Source of the DNA: Patescibacteria group bacterium
Lineage (GTDB): Bacteria > Patescibacteriota > Minisyncoccia > Phycocordibacterales > UBA918
Direction of reading: 5' to 3'
DNA length: 61,843 nucleotides
Assembly (NCBI GenBank): GCA_018608435.1
Contig: JABAZV010000012.1
Location: forward strand, 3,269 to 65,111
Shown piece after piece: positions 32,803 to 40,799 of the stretch. A program made the translations under genes and the position numbers. The notes under the pieces are model-generated. The model made no database searches. It was not told the DNA's origin and saw only the letters and a list, made by a program, of their open reading frames with translations. Each line of letters opens with the position of its first letter. The first letter of the stretch is position 1.

Positions 32803-32837
32803 GCCGCGACCGATTATTATTTCGGTGGCTTTTTTTT
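32803..32837 (+). terminator. rho-independent terminator
   Basis: Stem GCC(GCG)ACCGA/TCGGTGGC with a bulge and loop TTATTATT, followed by eight T. Confidence 0.6.
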
Positions 32838-32871
32838 ATAAAAGCCACAGCGTCGCATTAACATCATCAAT

Positions 32872-33033
32872 ATGTTTAAAGCAATTGGATTCATCATAGT
32901 TCTTTACGGACTATCAATTTTTTTTCAAGATTCATTCAGAGCCCTCGACAGCACCGCGGTATCCGTTCTTTCAACGGTAAAAACTGCAGCTGAGGTTTCC
33001 GAGCAACGTCTGATTCAAGAAAATCAACAATAA
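32872..33033 (+). CDS. small ORF (53 aa, one TM)
   Basis: Found by hand: MFKAIGFIIVLYGLSIFFQDSFRALDSTAVSVLSTVKTAAEVSEQRLIQENQQ. It is followed directly by a terminator. There is no SD and no homology evidence. Confidence 0.3.
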   Translation: MFKAIGFIIVLYGLSIFFQDSFRALDSTAVSVLSTVKTAAEVSEQRLIQENQQ

Positions 33034-33040
33034 AAACATC

Positions 33041-33065
33041 AATCATCACTATGTGATGATTTTTT
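33041..33065 (+). terminator. rho-independent terminator
   Basis: Stem ATCATCAC/GTGATGAT with loop TAT, followed by TTTTT. Confidence 0.7.
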
Positions 33066-33269
33066 AATAGTCGATAAAGATCTGCTTTGAAGTAAGGTCG
33101 ATTTTCTTGTCTGTGTTTATTGATCTATATTACAAACTAACTTCTGGATGATGCAAAAATTATTTTCTACTTCAGGCAAAGGTGCGATGTAAAACATTTA
33201 TGTATTTCAACTTTCTGTTCTCATACTCTTCTTTGTCATAACACATAATTCACGCTATTATTACAGGTA

Positions 33270-34313
33270 ATGAAACTCAGTCGAGTAGTGCAGTACGTTT
33301 TCTTTTTCGCTCTTCTTGCGCTGGCTGGTTATGTTGTTTGGCTCATCATGTTGCCGTTTGCAAGCGCACTCGCGCTGGCTGCTATTATTGTTACTATTAG
33401 TCACCCATTCTACTTGCGCATTTTAAAAGTAATGCCTAAGCAAAACCGCTCGCTGGCAGCATTTTTTTCTACCTTACTGATATTTTTAGCCGTTGTTTTA
33501 CCGCTTATTTTCCTGTCCTCTTTGGTTATAAAAGAAATCGTTAGTGTGTACCAAGATCTCGACTCTGGGCAGCTTTCAATTCAAACAAGCCTCGACGCTT
33601 TAGAAGCAACCATTCATACAGTTGCTCCTGGTTTTGATGTTGACCTAGCTGAACAAATAAAAGTCAGTGCGCAGTGGGTAACTGGAAATATTGGTCATAT
33701 TTTTGCTGGTACTATATCAACGATATTCATTTTTTTCATTGCTCTGATTGGTTCTTTTTACTTCTTCCGCGATGGTCACGAATTCTTGCAGGTTATCATT
33801 AAAGCTAGTCCGCTGCCTGATCATGAAGATCGAATTATTTTTGAGCGTATGGCACGCGCAGCACGAGCTGTTGCTACTGGGACTATTTTGGTAGCTATCA
33901 TTCAAGGGACATTGGTAGCGCTAGGTTTTTCTTTTGTTGGTATCGAGAGAGCTATACTTTGGGGGTCAATCGCATCACTTGGAGCGTTGGTGCCAGGAGT
34001 TGGAACTACGATTGTGACTGCGCCAGCGATCATTTACCTTTTTGCTACAGGAGAGCTTGTCAGCGGAATCGCTTTGCTTGTATGGTCAGTGCTTTTGGTT
34101 GGCTTGGTAGACAATCTGCTTGGTCCTTACTTAATAAGTCGTGGCAACAATCTCCATCCGTTTATTATCCTGATATCTGTTTTGGGAGGTTTGGCTTTAT
34201 TTGGTCCAGTTGGTTTTGTTATCGGTCCGGTGGTTGTGACCTTGTTCTTAGTCTTGCTTGAAATATATAATCAGTATATTGTTCAAGATCAGCCAATCAA
34301 AGAAACGTTATGA
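33270..34313 (+). CDS. AI-2E family transporter (PerM/UPF0118)
   Basis: 347 aa with about 8 TM segments. The conserved GT(I/L)LVA.IQG....(L/I)GF...G...A.LWG......(L/I)VP..G region is typical of the family. Confidence 0.9.
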   Translation: MKLSRVVQYVFFFALLALAGYVVWLIMLPFASALALAAIIVTISHPFYLRILKVMPKQNRSLAAFFSTLLIFLAVVLPLIFLSSLVIKEIVSVYQDLDSGQLSIQTSLDALEATIHTVAPGFDVDLAEQIKVSAQWVTGNIGHIFAGTISTIFIFFIALIGSFYFFRDGHEFLQVIIKASPLPDHEDRIIFERMARAARAVATGTILVAIIQGTLVALGFSFVGIERAILWGSIASLGALVPGVGTTIVTAPAIIYLFATGELVSGIALLVWSVLLVGLVDNLLGPYLISRGNNLHPFIILISVLGGLALFGPVGFVIGPVVVTLFLVLLEIYNQYIVQDQPIKETL

Positions 34314-34732
34314 TAAGCAGAAGTCAAATAGTGAAAATTCTGAAAATCAACGGCGTAAACGCTGTTTCTCCAGATGAGGATATACGTTCAATTTTGCTTA
34401 GCGCGAGGTTTAATGAAGATGAAGTTAACACAGCTATTATGGTATTACATCAAAATCATCAAGCAGACACGGAGCGTGTAGATGGCTTGAATAAAGTATT
34501 TCGTACAGAATCAGGACTGAACGCAGCAGAGGTGTCTAATTTACTTGGAATTGAAGTGGATACAGATTCTCTCGTCCCAGCGGCGTCTCGCCGTCGTGAT
34601 TTTTCTGCTTTACAAGTGATTGCAGTTTGGTTTTTTACAGCTGTAGTGGCTGTTTTGTCTGCTCTCTTTTTTATGTACACGTACAGTGTTGGAATTTTTC
34701 ATCCAGAAGTGGGTCTCAACATCTCTTTTTAA
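34310..34732 (+). CDS. hypothetical protein with C-terminal TM (140 aa)
   Basis: ATGA start/stop overlap with the transporter gene. Soluble N-terminal domain and one C-terminal TM. Confidence 0.65.
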   Translation: MISRSQIVKILKINGVNAVSPDEDIRSILLSARFNEDEVNTAIMVLHQNHQADTERVDGLNKVFRTESGLNAAEVSNLLGIEVDTDSLVPAASRRRDFSALQVIAVWFFTAVVAVLSALFFMYTYSVGIFHPEVGLNISF

Positions 34733-34740
34733 ATAATATT

Positions 34741-35874
34741 ATGTGGCGAGAAAGTTTTCCAGTATTAGCGTTTTTAACGATACTCATTTTTCAATTGAGT
34801 ACTTTGTCGTGGCTGATAACTATGCCATCAGTTCAATACGGGAATGTTCAATCTGTTGGCTTGTCTGAGGCCGAGGCTTTTGTCTTGCCTGAAATAATTT
34901 CAACCCAACTTGCATTGGCGTCGGTTAGCAACAACTACGATTCAATGCTTATAGTAGGTGACGTTCTGCTTGCTCGGTACGTAGAAACTCTCATGACTAA
35001 ACATGGAGATGATTATCCGTTTACCGGTATTTCCTTTTCTGACTTTTCACAAAATCCAGCTGTGTTAGGAAATTTTGAAGCAGCAGTTCCAAAATTGCAC
35101 GTACCTACGCCACCGCTTGAAATACGTTTTTCTGTAGCCGAAGAATATTTACCAGCTCTTTCTAAAGCTGGTTTTTCACAACTTTCTTTGGCCAACAATC
35201 ACGCTTTTGATTTTGGCGTTGCTGGTTACGAAAATACGCAAGATGCTTTAAAAGAAGAATATTTAGAGCCGTTTGGTAGTCCGGTGGATTTTTCCCCTAA
35301 AGATATTTCGTTTCAAGAGATAGACAATCTTAATGTCGCTCTGATCCCGCTCCATGCACTTTATAAGCTTCCGACAGGCGAAGAGATTGAAGCTCTATTT
35401 GAGGCTACAAGCTCAGCTGACTTTCAGTTGGTTTATGTTCACTGGGGAACAGAATACAAGCTGATGCATAGTGCAGCGCAAGAAAACTTGGCTAAGAAGC
35501 TGGTGGAAGCAGGTGCGGACTTGATCGTTGGTCATCATCCTCATGTGGTACAAGATGTGCAGCTGATCGACGGTGTACCGGTGTTTTATTCGCTTGGTAA
35601 TTATATTTTTGATCAGTATTTCTCAATCGACGTGCAGGAAAGCTTAATGCTTCAATTAGATTTTTCTCCTCAGCCTTTAATCTCTCTTTTTCCTGTCACG
35701 AGTGTCGGTTCGCGTTCAAAACCGCGCATGCAAACAGAGGAAGAAAAAGAGCTGTTTTTAGAAAAACTTGCCGCCCGCAGTGACAGTAGCTTGGAAGAAG
35801 AAATAATGAACGGACATCTTATGATCAATAACTTGGTTGCATCTTCTACCAGAATAGCTATGATTAATAAATAA
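34741..35874 (+). CDS. CapA-family (poly-gamma-glutamate capsule synthesis type) metallophosphatase
   Basis: ORF 34627, with the likely start ATG 34741 just after the upstream stop. N-terminal TM, then GDVLLAR, LANNHAFDFG, VHWGTEY, GADLIVGHHPHVVQ and YSLGNYIFDQ. Confidence 0.85.
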   Translation: MWRESFPVLAFLTILIFQLSTLSWLITMPSVQYGNVQSVGLSEAEAFVLPEIISTQLALASVSNNYDSMLIVGDVLLARYVETLMTKHGDDYPFTGISFSDFSQNPAVLGNFEAAVPKLHVPTPPLEIRFSVAEEYLPALSKAGFSQLSLANNHAFDFGVAGYENTQDALKEEYLEPFGSPVDFSPKDISFQEIDNLNVALIPLHALYKLPTGEEIEALFEATSSADFQLVYVHWGTEYKLMHSAAQENLAKKLVEAGADLIVGHHPHVVQDVQLIDGVPVFYSLGNYIFDQYFSIDVQESLMLQLDFSPQPLISLFPVTSVGSRSKPRMQTEEEKELFLEKLAARSDSSLEEEIMNGHLMINNLVASSTRIAMINK

Positions 35875-35883
35875 TTTTTATAT

Positions 35884-36411
35884 ATGTTTAATAAAGTTGA
35901 ACTTATCGGAGGAGCGGTCAGTATTTGTTTGATGTTCGTAGCTTTGTACATGGTGCAAATGCGAGCAACTATGCCAAACCTAAGTGAAACCCAGCAGTCA
36001 GCTCAATTGGCTGGTGCGAGTGGAATCGTAATGGTGACAGATGATGACGAACGAGCAGGTTTTGGAGGGTCAGTTGCTAATAATAATATAAAAGATATGG
36101 TGGTAGATGACGTAAAAATCGGAACTGGAGAAGAAGTTAAAAAAGGTGATATTGTAGCTGTACATTATGTTGGCACACTACAAAATGGCGAAGAATTCGA
36201 TAGTTCACGCAAGCGAGGCGAAACGTTTGAATTTGAAGTTGGTGGCCAACAAGTAATTGCTGGTTGGGACGAAGGAGTGCTTGGTATGCAAGTCGGGGGA
36301 GAGCGTACGCTTGTAATCCCGCCTGAGAAGGCATACGGTGATCGTGGCATTGGACCAATCCCTGGTGGCGCGACACTTCTCTTTACAATTGAATTGATTG
36401 AAATCAAATAA
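35884..36411 (+). CDS. membrane-anchored FKBP-type peptidyl-prolyl isomerase
   Basis: N-terminal TM, then VHYVGTLQNGEEFDSSRKRGETFEFEVGGQQVIAGWDEGVLGMQVGGERTLVIPPEKAYG...GATLLFTIELIEI. Confidence 0.9.
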   Translation: MFNKVELIGGAVSICLMFVALYMVQMRATMPNLSETQQSAQLAGASGIVMVTDDDERAGFGGSVANNNIKDMVVDDVKIGTGEEVKKGDIVAVHYVGTLQNGEEFDSSRKRGETFEFEVGGQQVIAGWDEGVLGMQVGGERTLVIPPEKAYGDRGIGPIPGGATLLFTIELIEIK

Positions 36412-36432
36412 ATCAAAGCAAGAGTGATTTTT

Positions 36433-36463
36433 AAAGCGGCGCGGCAGGAAGCCGCGCCGCTTT
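36433..36463 (+). terminator. GC-rich terminator hairpin
   Basis: 13-bp stem AAAGCGGCGCGGC/GCCGCGCCGCTTT with loop AGGAA. Confidence 0.75.
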
Positions 36464-36507
36464 AAATTAGAAGCTAAAATTAACTCCAAAACATACTTAA
36501 GTTAAAC

Positions 36508-37710
36508 ATGATAAAACCACCTGTAACATTTGAAGTTGTAAAACGCATCTCAGGCACTCTCGGCCGGGCGGGTATTATTCATACTCCGCATGGCGATATC
36601 GAAACGCCAGCCTTTGTCGTTGTGGGCACAAAAGGCACAGTCAAAAGCCTCAAGCCTGAAGACATGGCCGAATACGTCGGCAATCAAGTCGCTCTGGCCA
36701 ATACTTACCACTTGTTCTTACAGCCGGGTGCTGATGTTATAAAAGAAGCTGGTGGCTTGCATAAGTTTTCTAATTGGGATTTGCCAACTATTACTGACAG
36801 TGGTGGGTTTCAAGTGTTTTCACTTGGCGCCGCTTTTGGCAAAGGAGTGACAAAGTTTGCCAAAGGTGAAACCGACGACAAAACCGAAAAATCAGAACTC
36901 AATGTCTACAGCAAAAAGCTCGCCGAAGAACACGGCAAACTGTGTGTGATCGACGAAGAAGGAGTTACTTTCACTTCTCACATCGACGGCTCAATGCATC
37001 GCTTTACAGCCGAGCGTAGTATCGAAATACAACACGACATCGGCGCCGATATAATCATCGCCTTCGACGAATGTACCAGCCCAACAGCTGACAAAGCGTA
37101 TCAGGAAGAAGCCATGGATCGCACTCACCGCTGGGCTAAGCGCAGTATCTTGGCTCACAAACAAAACTTCGAAGCACTCAAGAAGCAGGGTTTGTACGGC
37201 GTAGTACAAGGCGGACGTCATCTCGATTTACGTCAGACGAGCGCTAGGACGCTGGCTGATATGGACTTTGATGGTTTTGGTATTGGCGGTAGCTTTAGTA
37301 AAGAAGACTTAGGGGAAGCAATTCAAGTAGTAAACGAAATCCTGCCCGAAGACAAACCTCGCCATTTGCTCGGCATTGGCGAGCCGATGGACATTGTTGA
37401 AGGAGTCAGGCTCGGCTGCGACACTTTTGATTGCGTCGCGCCTACTCGCATCGCCCGCACCGGCACGATTTATGAGCGCACCAACGACGGCCACAAACGC
37501 ATCAATCTCATGAACAGCAAATACCGCCGCGATTTCAGCAAGCCAGATGAATCCTGTGATTGTTACGTTTGTCAAAACTACACCAAAGCCTACCTGGCTC
37601 ACTTATTCCACTCCCGAGAAATGCTCGGTGCCCATTTGGCTTCACTACATAATCTTTATTACATAGTAAATTTCACTAAGCGGTTGAGGGAGGAGATATT
37701 GCTTGCTTAG
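36508..37710 (+). CDS. tgt: tRNA-guanine transglycosylase (queuine tRNA-ribosyltransferase)
   Basis: Motifs TPAFVVVGTKG, LANTYHL, TDSGGFQVFSL, AFDECT, GVVQGG, GFGIGG and the zinc site CDCYVCQNYTKAYLAHL. Confidence 0.95.
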   Translation: MIKPPVTFEVVKRISGTLGRAGIIHTPHGDIETPAFVVVGTKGTVKSLKPEDMAEYVGNQVALANTYHLFLQPGADVIKEAGGLHKFSNWDLPTITDSGGFQVFSLGAAFGKGVTKFAKGETDDKTEKSELNVYSKKLAEEHGKLCVIDEEGVTFTSHIDGSMHRFTAERSIEIQHDIGADIIIAFDECTSPTADKAYQEEAMDRTHRWAKRSILAHKQNFEALKKQGLYGVVQGGRHLDLRQTSARTLADMDFDGFGIGGSFSKEDLGEAIQVVNEILPEDKPRHLLGIGEPMDIVEGVRLGCDTFDCVAPTRIARTGTIYERTNDGHKRINLMNSKYRRDFSKPDESCDCYVCQNYTKAYLAHLFHSREMLGAHLASLHNLYYIVNFTKRLREEILLA

Positions 37711-37754
37711 CAAACTGCTTTTTATATTGGGACTTACAAGGTATAGTAACAAGC

Positions 37755-39815
37755 GTGAAATTCGAAATAGCAACTGACAAAACTCCAGCTGGGGATCAGC
37801 CGCAGGCTATTGCTGCGCTGATGAAAGGGGTTAGAGCTGGTCAGAGTCACCAGACGCTTTTGGGTGTGACTGGTTCTGGTAAAACCTTTACGGCGGCGAA
37901 CGTAATTCAGCAATTGCAAAAACCAACGCTCGTAATCGCACACAACAAAACTCTTGCCGCGCAGCTCGCGCAAGAATACCGCGACTTCTTTCCTAATAAT
38001 GCGGTGCATTACTTTGTTTCTTACTACGACTACTACCAGCCCGAAGCTTACATGCCGACTAGCGATACTTATATTGAAAAAGAAGCGCAGATTAATGACG
38101 AGATTGACCGTTTGCGCCACGCTAGTACGCAAGCATTGCTTACACGCAAAGACGTAATCATCGTTGCTTCTGTTTCGTGTATTTATGGTTTGGGTTCTCC
38201 AGCTGAATACATGCGTGTGCTGAAGAAGATTGAGAAAGGTTTTAAGACTAACCGCACAGAGATGTTGCGTACTCTGGTTAGTATGTATTTTGAGCGGACA
38301 AATGCTGATCTTACGCCGGGGTGCTTTCGGGCGGTGGGGAACACGGTAGAAATAATGCCCACTAACGAGCGGGTGATTTATCGATTGGGTTTTGCTGGCG
38401 ATGAGGTTTCGAGTATCACTAAGATAGATGGAATCACGCGAGAGATTATTTCAGAACCAGAGACTTTCTATCTCTTTCCAGCGAAGCACTTTGTTACGCC
38501 TGAAGATGAAAGAAAAGTCGCTATTGAAAATATTGGATTAGAGCTTAAAGAACAACTTAAGAAATTTAAGAAAGAAGGAAAAATACTCGAAGCAGAAAGA
38601 TTGCGGCGCCGTACCGAACACGACTTGGCACTAATGCGCGAAGTAGGGTATTGCAATGGAATTGAAAACTACTCAAGGCATTTTGATAGACGAAAGGCTG
38701 GCGAAGCGCCGTACACATTACTTTCATATTTCCCAACAAAGGCTGATGGATCACCAGACTTCCTTACCGTCATTGACGAATCGCACGTAACTGTCCCACA
38801 GCTAAACGGTATGTTTGCTGGCGACCAATCGCGTAAAAACACGCTGGTAGAACACGGCTTTAGATTGCCGAGCGCTATAGATAACCGTCCACTAAAGTTT
38901 GCCGAATTTGAAGAAAGGGTCGGGCAGCAAATATACACTACCGCCACTCCTGGAAAGTTTGAACTAGCAAAACTAGCTGAAGACAAACTAAAACCAATCG
39001 AGCAAATCATTCGTCCGACTGGTTTGGTTGACCCTGAAATTGATATCCGCGGAGTGACAGAAAAAGGTAATTATAAAGGTCAGATTAAGGATTTTATAGC
39101 CGAAGCAGAACGAGTCATTAAAAGAGATGCTCGTGTCTTGGTGACCACATTAACCAAAAAAATGGCCGAAGATTTGGCAGATTTTCTTACTGAGAAGGGT
39201 GTGAAAACTAAGTACATCCATAGCGATGTGGTTACAATGGAGAGAATTGAAATTTTAACTGATTTTCGCAAAGGAGAATTTGATTGCTTGGTGGGAGTAA
39301 ACTTGTTACGTGAAGGACTAGATTTACCTGAGGTTGAACTGGTTGCGATTCTTGACGCGGATAAAGAAGGTTTCTTGCGCAGTGAAACAGCCTTGATACA
39401 AACAATGGGTCGAGCAGCGCGAAATGTAAACGGTCGAGTTGTGTTGTACGCAGACGAAATCACCAAGTCGCTAAAATACGCTATTGGAGAAACAGATCGA
39501 CGTCGTGAAAAGCAGATCGCTTACAACAAAAAGCACGGCATTACTCCTAAAACAATCAAGAAAGAAATCAAGTCGATTGCCGATCAAATGAAAACTGATC
39601 ATGATGAAACGGTCGACACATTGCTTAAAGTTGATTTAGAGTTATTCAAAAAGAACCCCAAAAAGGTAATGAAAGAAAAGCGCCGACAAATGGAAGAAGC
39701 GGTCGGAATTTTGGACTTTGAAACTGCCGCTATTTTGCGCGATGAGATAAAGTATTTGGAAGGGGAGTTGGATGGCAGTAATAAGAAGAAAAAAAGAAGA
39801 AACGAGAGTAGGTGA
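37755..39815 (+). CDS. uvrB: excinuclease ABC subunit B
   Basis: GTG start. Motifs PAGDQPQAI, Walker A GVTGSGKT, YYDYYQPEAY, DESH, the helicase C motifs and a C-terminal UVR motif (FETAAILRDEIKYLE). Confidence 0.95.
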   Translation: MKFEIATDKTPAGDQPQAIAALMKGVRAGQSHQTLLGVTGSGKTFTAANVIQQLQKPTLVIAHNKTLAAQLAQEYRDFFPNNAVHYFVSYYDYYQPEAYMPTSDTYIEKEAQINDEIDRLRHASTQALLTRKDVIIVASVSCIYGLGSPAEYMRVLKKIEKGFKTNRTEMLRTLVSMYFERTNADLTPGCFRAVGNTVEIMPTNERVIYRLGFAGDEVSSITKIDGITREIISEPETFYLFPAKHFVTPEDERKVAIENIGLELKEQLKKFKKEGKILEAERLRRRTEHDLALMREVGYCNGIENYSRHFDRRKAGEAPYTLLSYFPTKADGSPDFLTVIDESHVTVPQLNGMFAGDQSRKNTLVEHGFRLPSAIDNRPLKFAEFEERVGQQIYTTATPGKFELAKLAEDKLKPIEQIIRPTGLVDPEIDIRGVTEKGNYKGQIKDFIAEAERVIKRDARVLVTTLTKKMAEDLADFLTEKGVKTKYIHSDVVTMERIEILTDFRKGEFDCLVGVNLLREGLDLPEVELVAILDADKEGFLRSETALIQTMGRAARNVNGRVVLYADEITKSLKYAIGETDRRREKQIAYNKKHGITPKTIKKEIKSIADQMKTDHDETVDTLLKVDLELFKKNPKKVMKEKRRQMEEAVGILDFETAAILRDEIKYLEGELDGSNKKKKRRNESR

Positions 39816-39830
39816 TTGTTAATAATGTTT

Positions 39831-39860
39831 AAAAAAGTGCGCCCAGCGCCCTTTTTTTTA
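39831..39860 (+). terminator. rho-independent terminator
   Basis: Hairpin AAAAAAG(T)GCGC/GCGC(C)CTTTTTT with loop CCA and a long T tract. Confidence 0.6.
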
Positions 39861-39975
39861 TTTTTGATTATTAATGTGTAAATAATATCGATTTGCTTAA
39901 CAGCTAGTCACCTAGGTTTCTTTGCGCTGTGGGTTACATCGTTAATAGTTATTCTGTAATGCTACTATAGAACAT

Positions 39976-40785
39976 ATGTCAGTTTCTAGTAAAAAACACG
40001 TTTTGTTTATTGGAGAAGAGAATGTTCATGTTAAAGAAGTTTTAAAGTCTCTTGAGAAGCAAGATTTTTCTATTGTTAAAGCCCCGTACGAAAAAGCTAA
40101 TCTGCCCGACATTAAGCACGGATCTTTTAATCTTATTTTGTTAAACCATTTAGCAGAAGAAGATAACTGTGCTTCTTTCTTGAGAGATTTTACTGGTAGC
40201 GATTTGCGTGAAGTAATCCCTGTTTTTCTGATTGCTGAAGATAATATAAATGTAGAGGATGTTATGTGGCAAGGTGCGACAGATTATATAGCTCCAAGCG
40301 ACAGTCATGAGACTGTGCTCAACAAAATCGCTGCAGTGTTCACTGATACAGACGCATTTTCTGGCAGCTCTGCTATTGACATAACTCCTCCAATTGCACA
40401 AATTTCGTCTTCCGGTATTCGAGTTTATGTTATTGAAGACGATCCACTGCTTCGTAACTTACTTTCTATTCGCCTTGATAAATCTAACTTTCCATATAAG
40501 TTTGACGCTAACGGAGAAAATGCTGTGGAAGAGTTGCGGGAATTTAAGCCTGATATCATAGTTCTTGATTTAATGCTGCCGGGCAGAAGTGGTTTTGAGG
40601 TGTTGAGTGAAATTAAGGGAGCTGCTGATTTAAAGAATTTACCAGTCATTGTATTTTCTAATCGTGATGGACAAGAAGACCGAAAGCGCGCTGTTCAGCT
40701 TGGTGCCAATGCTTTTTATGTTAAGGCTATGACTGATTTAGCTGAACTCATTGAGCAGATTGAGACAGTGACCAAGTTAAGATAA
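39976..40785 (+). CDS. stand-alone response regulator with a degenerate N-terminal receiver and an intact C-terminal receiver
   Basis: The C-terminal half has VIEDDP, IIVLDLMLPG, VIVFSN and YVKA, so all receiver signature positions are present. The N-terminal half has a receiver-like beta/alpha pattern, but Asn (LILLNHL) sits at the phospho-acceptor position. There is no output domain. Confidence 0.85.
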   Translation: MSVSSKKHVLFIGEENVHVKEVLKSLEKQDFSIVKAPYEKANLPDIKHGSFNLILLNHLAEEDNCASFLRDFTGSDLREVIPVFLIAEDNINVEDVMWQGATDYIAPSDSHETVLNKIAAVFTDTDAFSGSSAIDITPPIAQISSSGIRVYVIEDDPLLRNLLSIRLDKSNFPYKFDANGENAVEELREFKPDIIVLDLMLPGRSGFEVLSEIKGAADLKNLPVIVFSNRDGQEDRKRAVQLGANAFYVKAMTDLAELIEQIETVTKLR

Positions 40786-40799
40786 ATATTGCATTATTT

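Noticed and set aside
34627-34740. Upstream extension of the CapA gene to 34627
   Set aside because: The extension overlaps the 3' end of the 34310..34732 gene in another frame. ATG 34741 directly follows that gene's stop and begins with a normal signal-anchor sequence.
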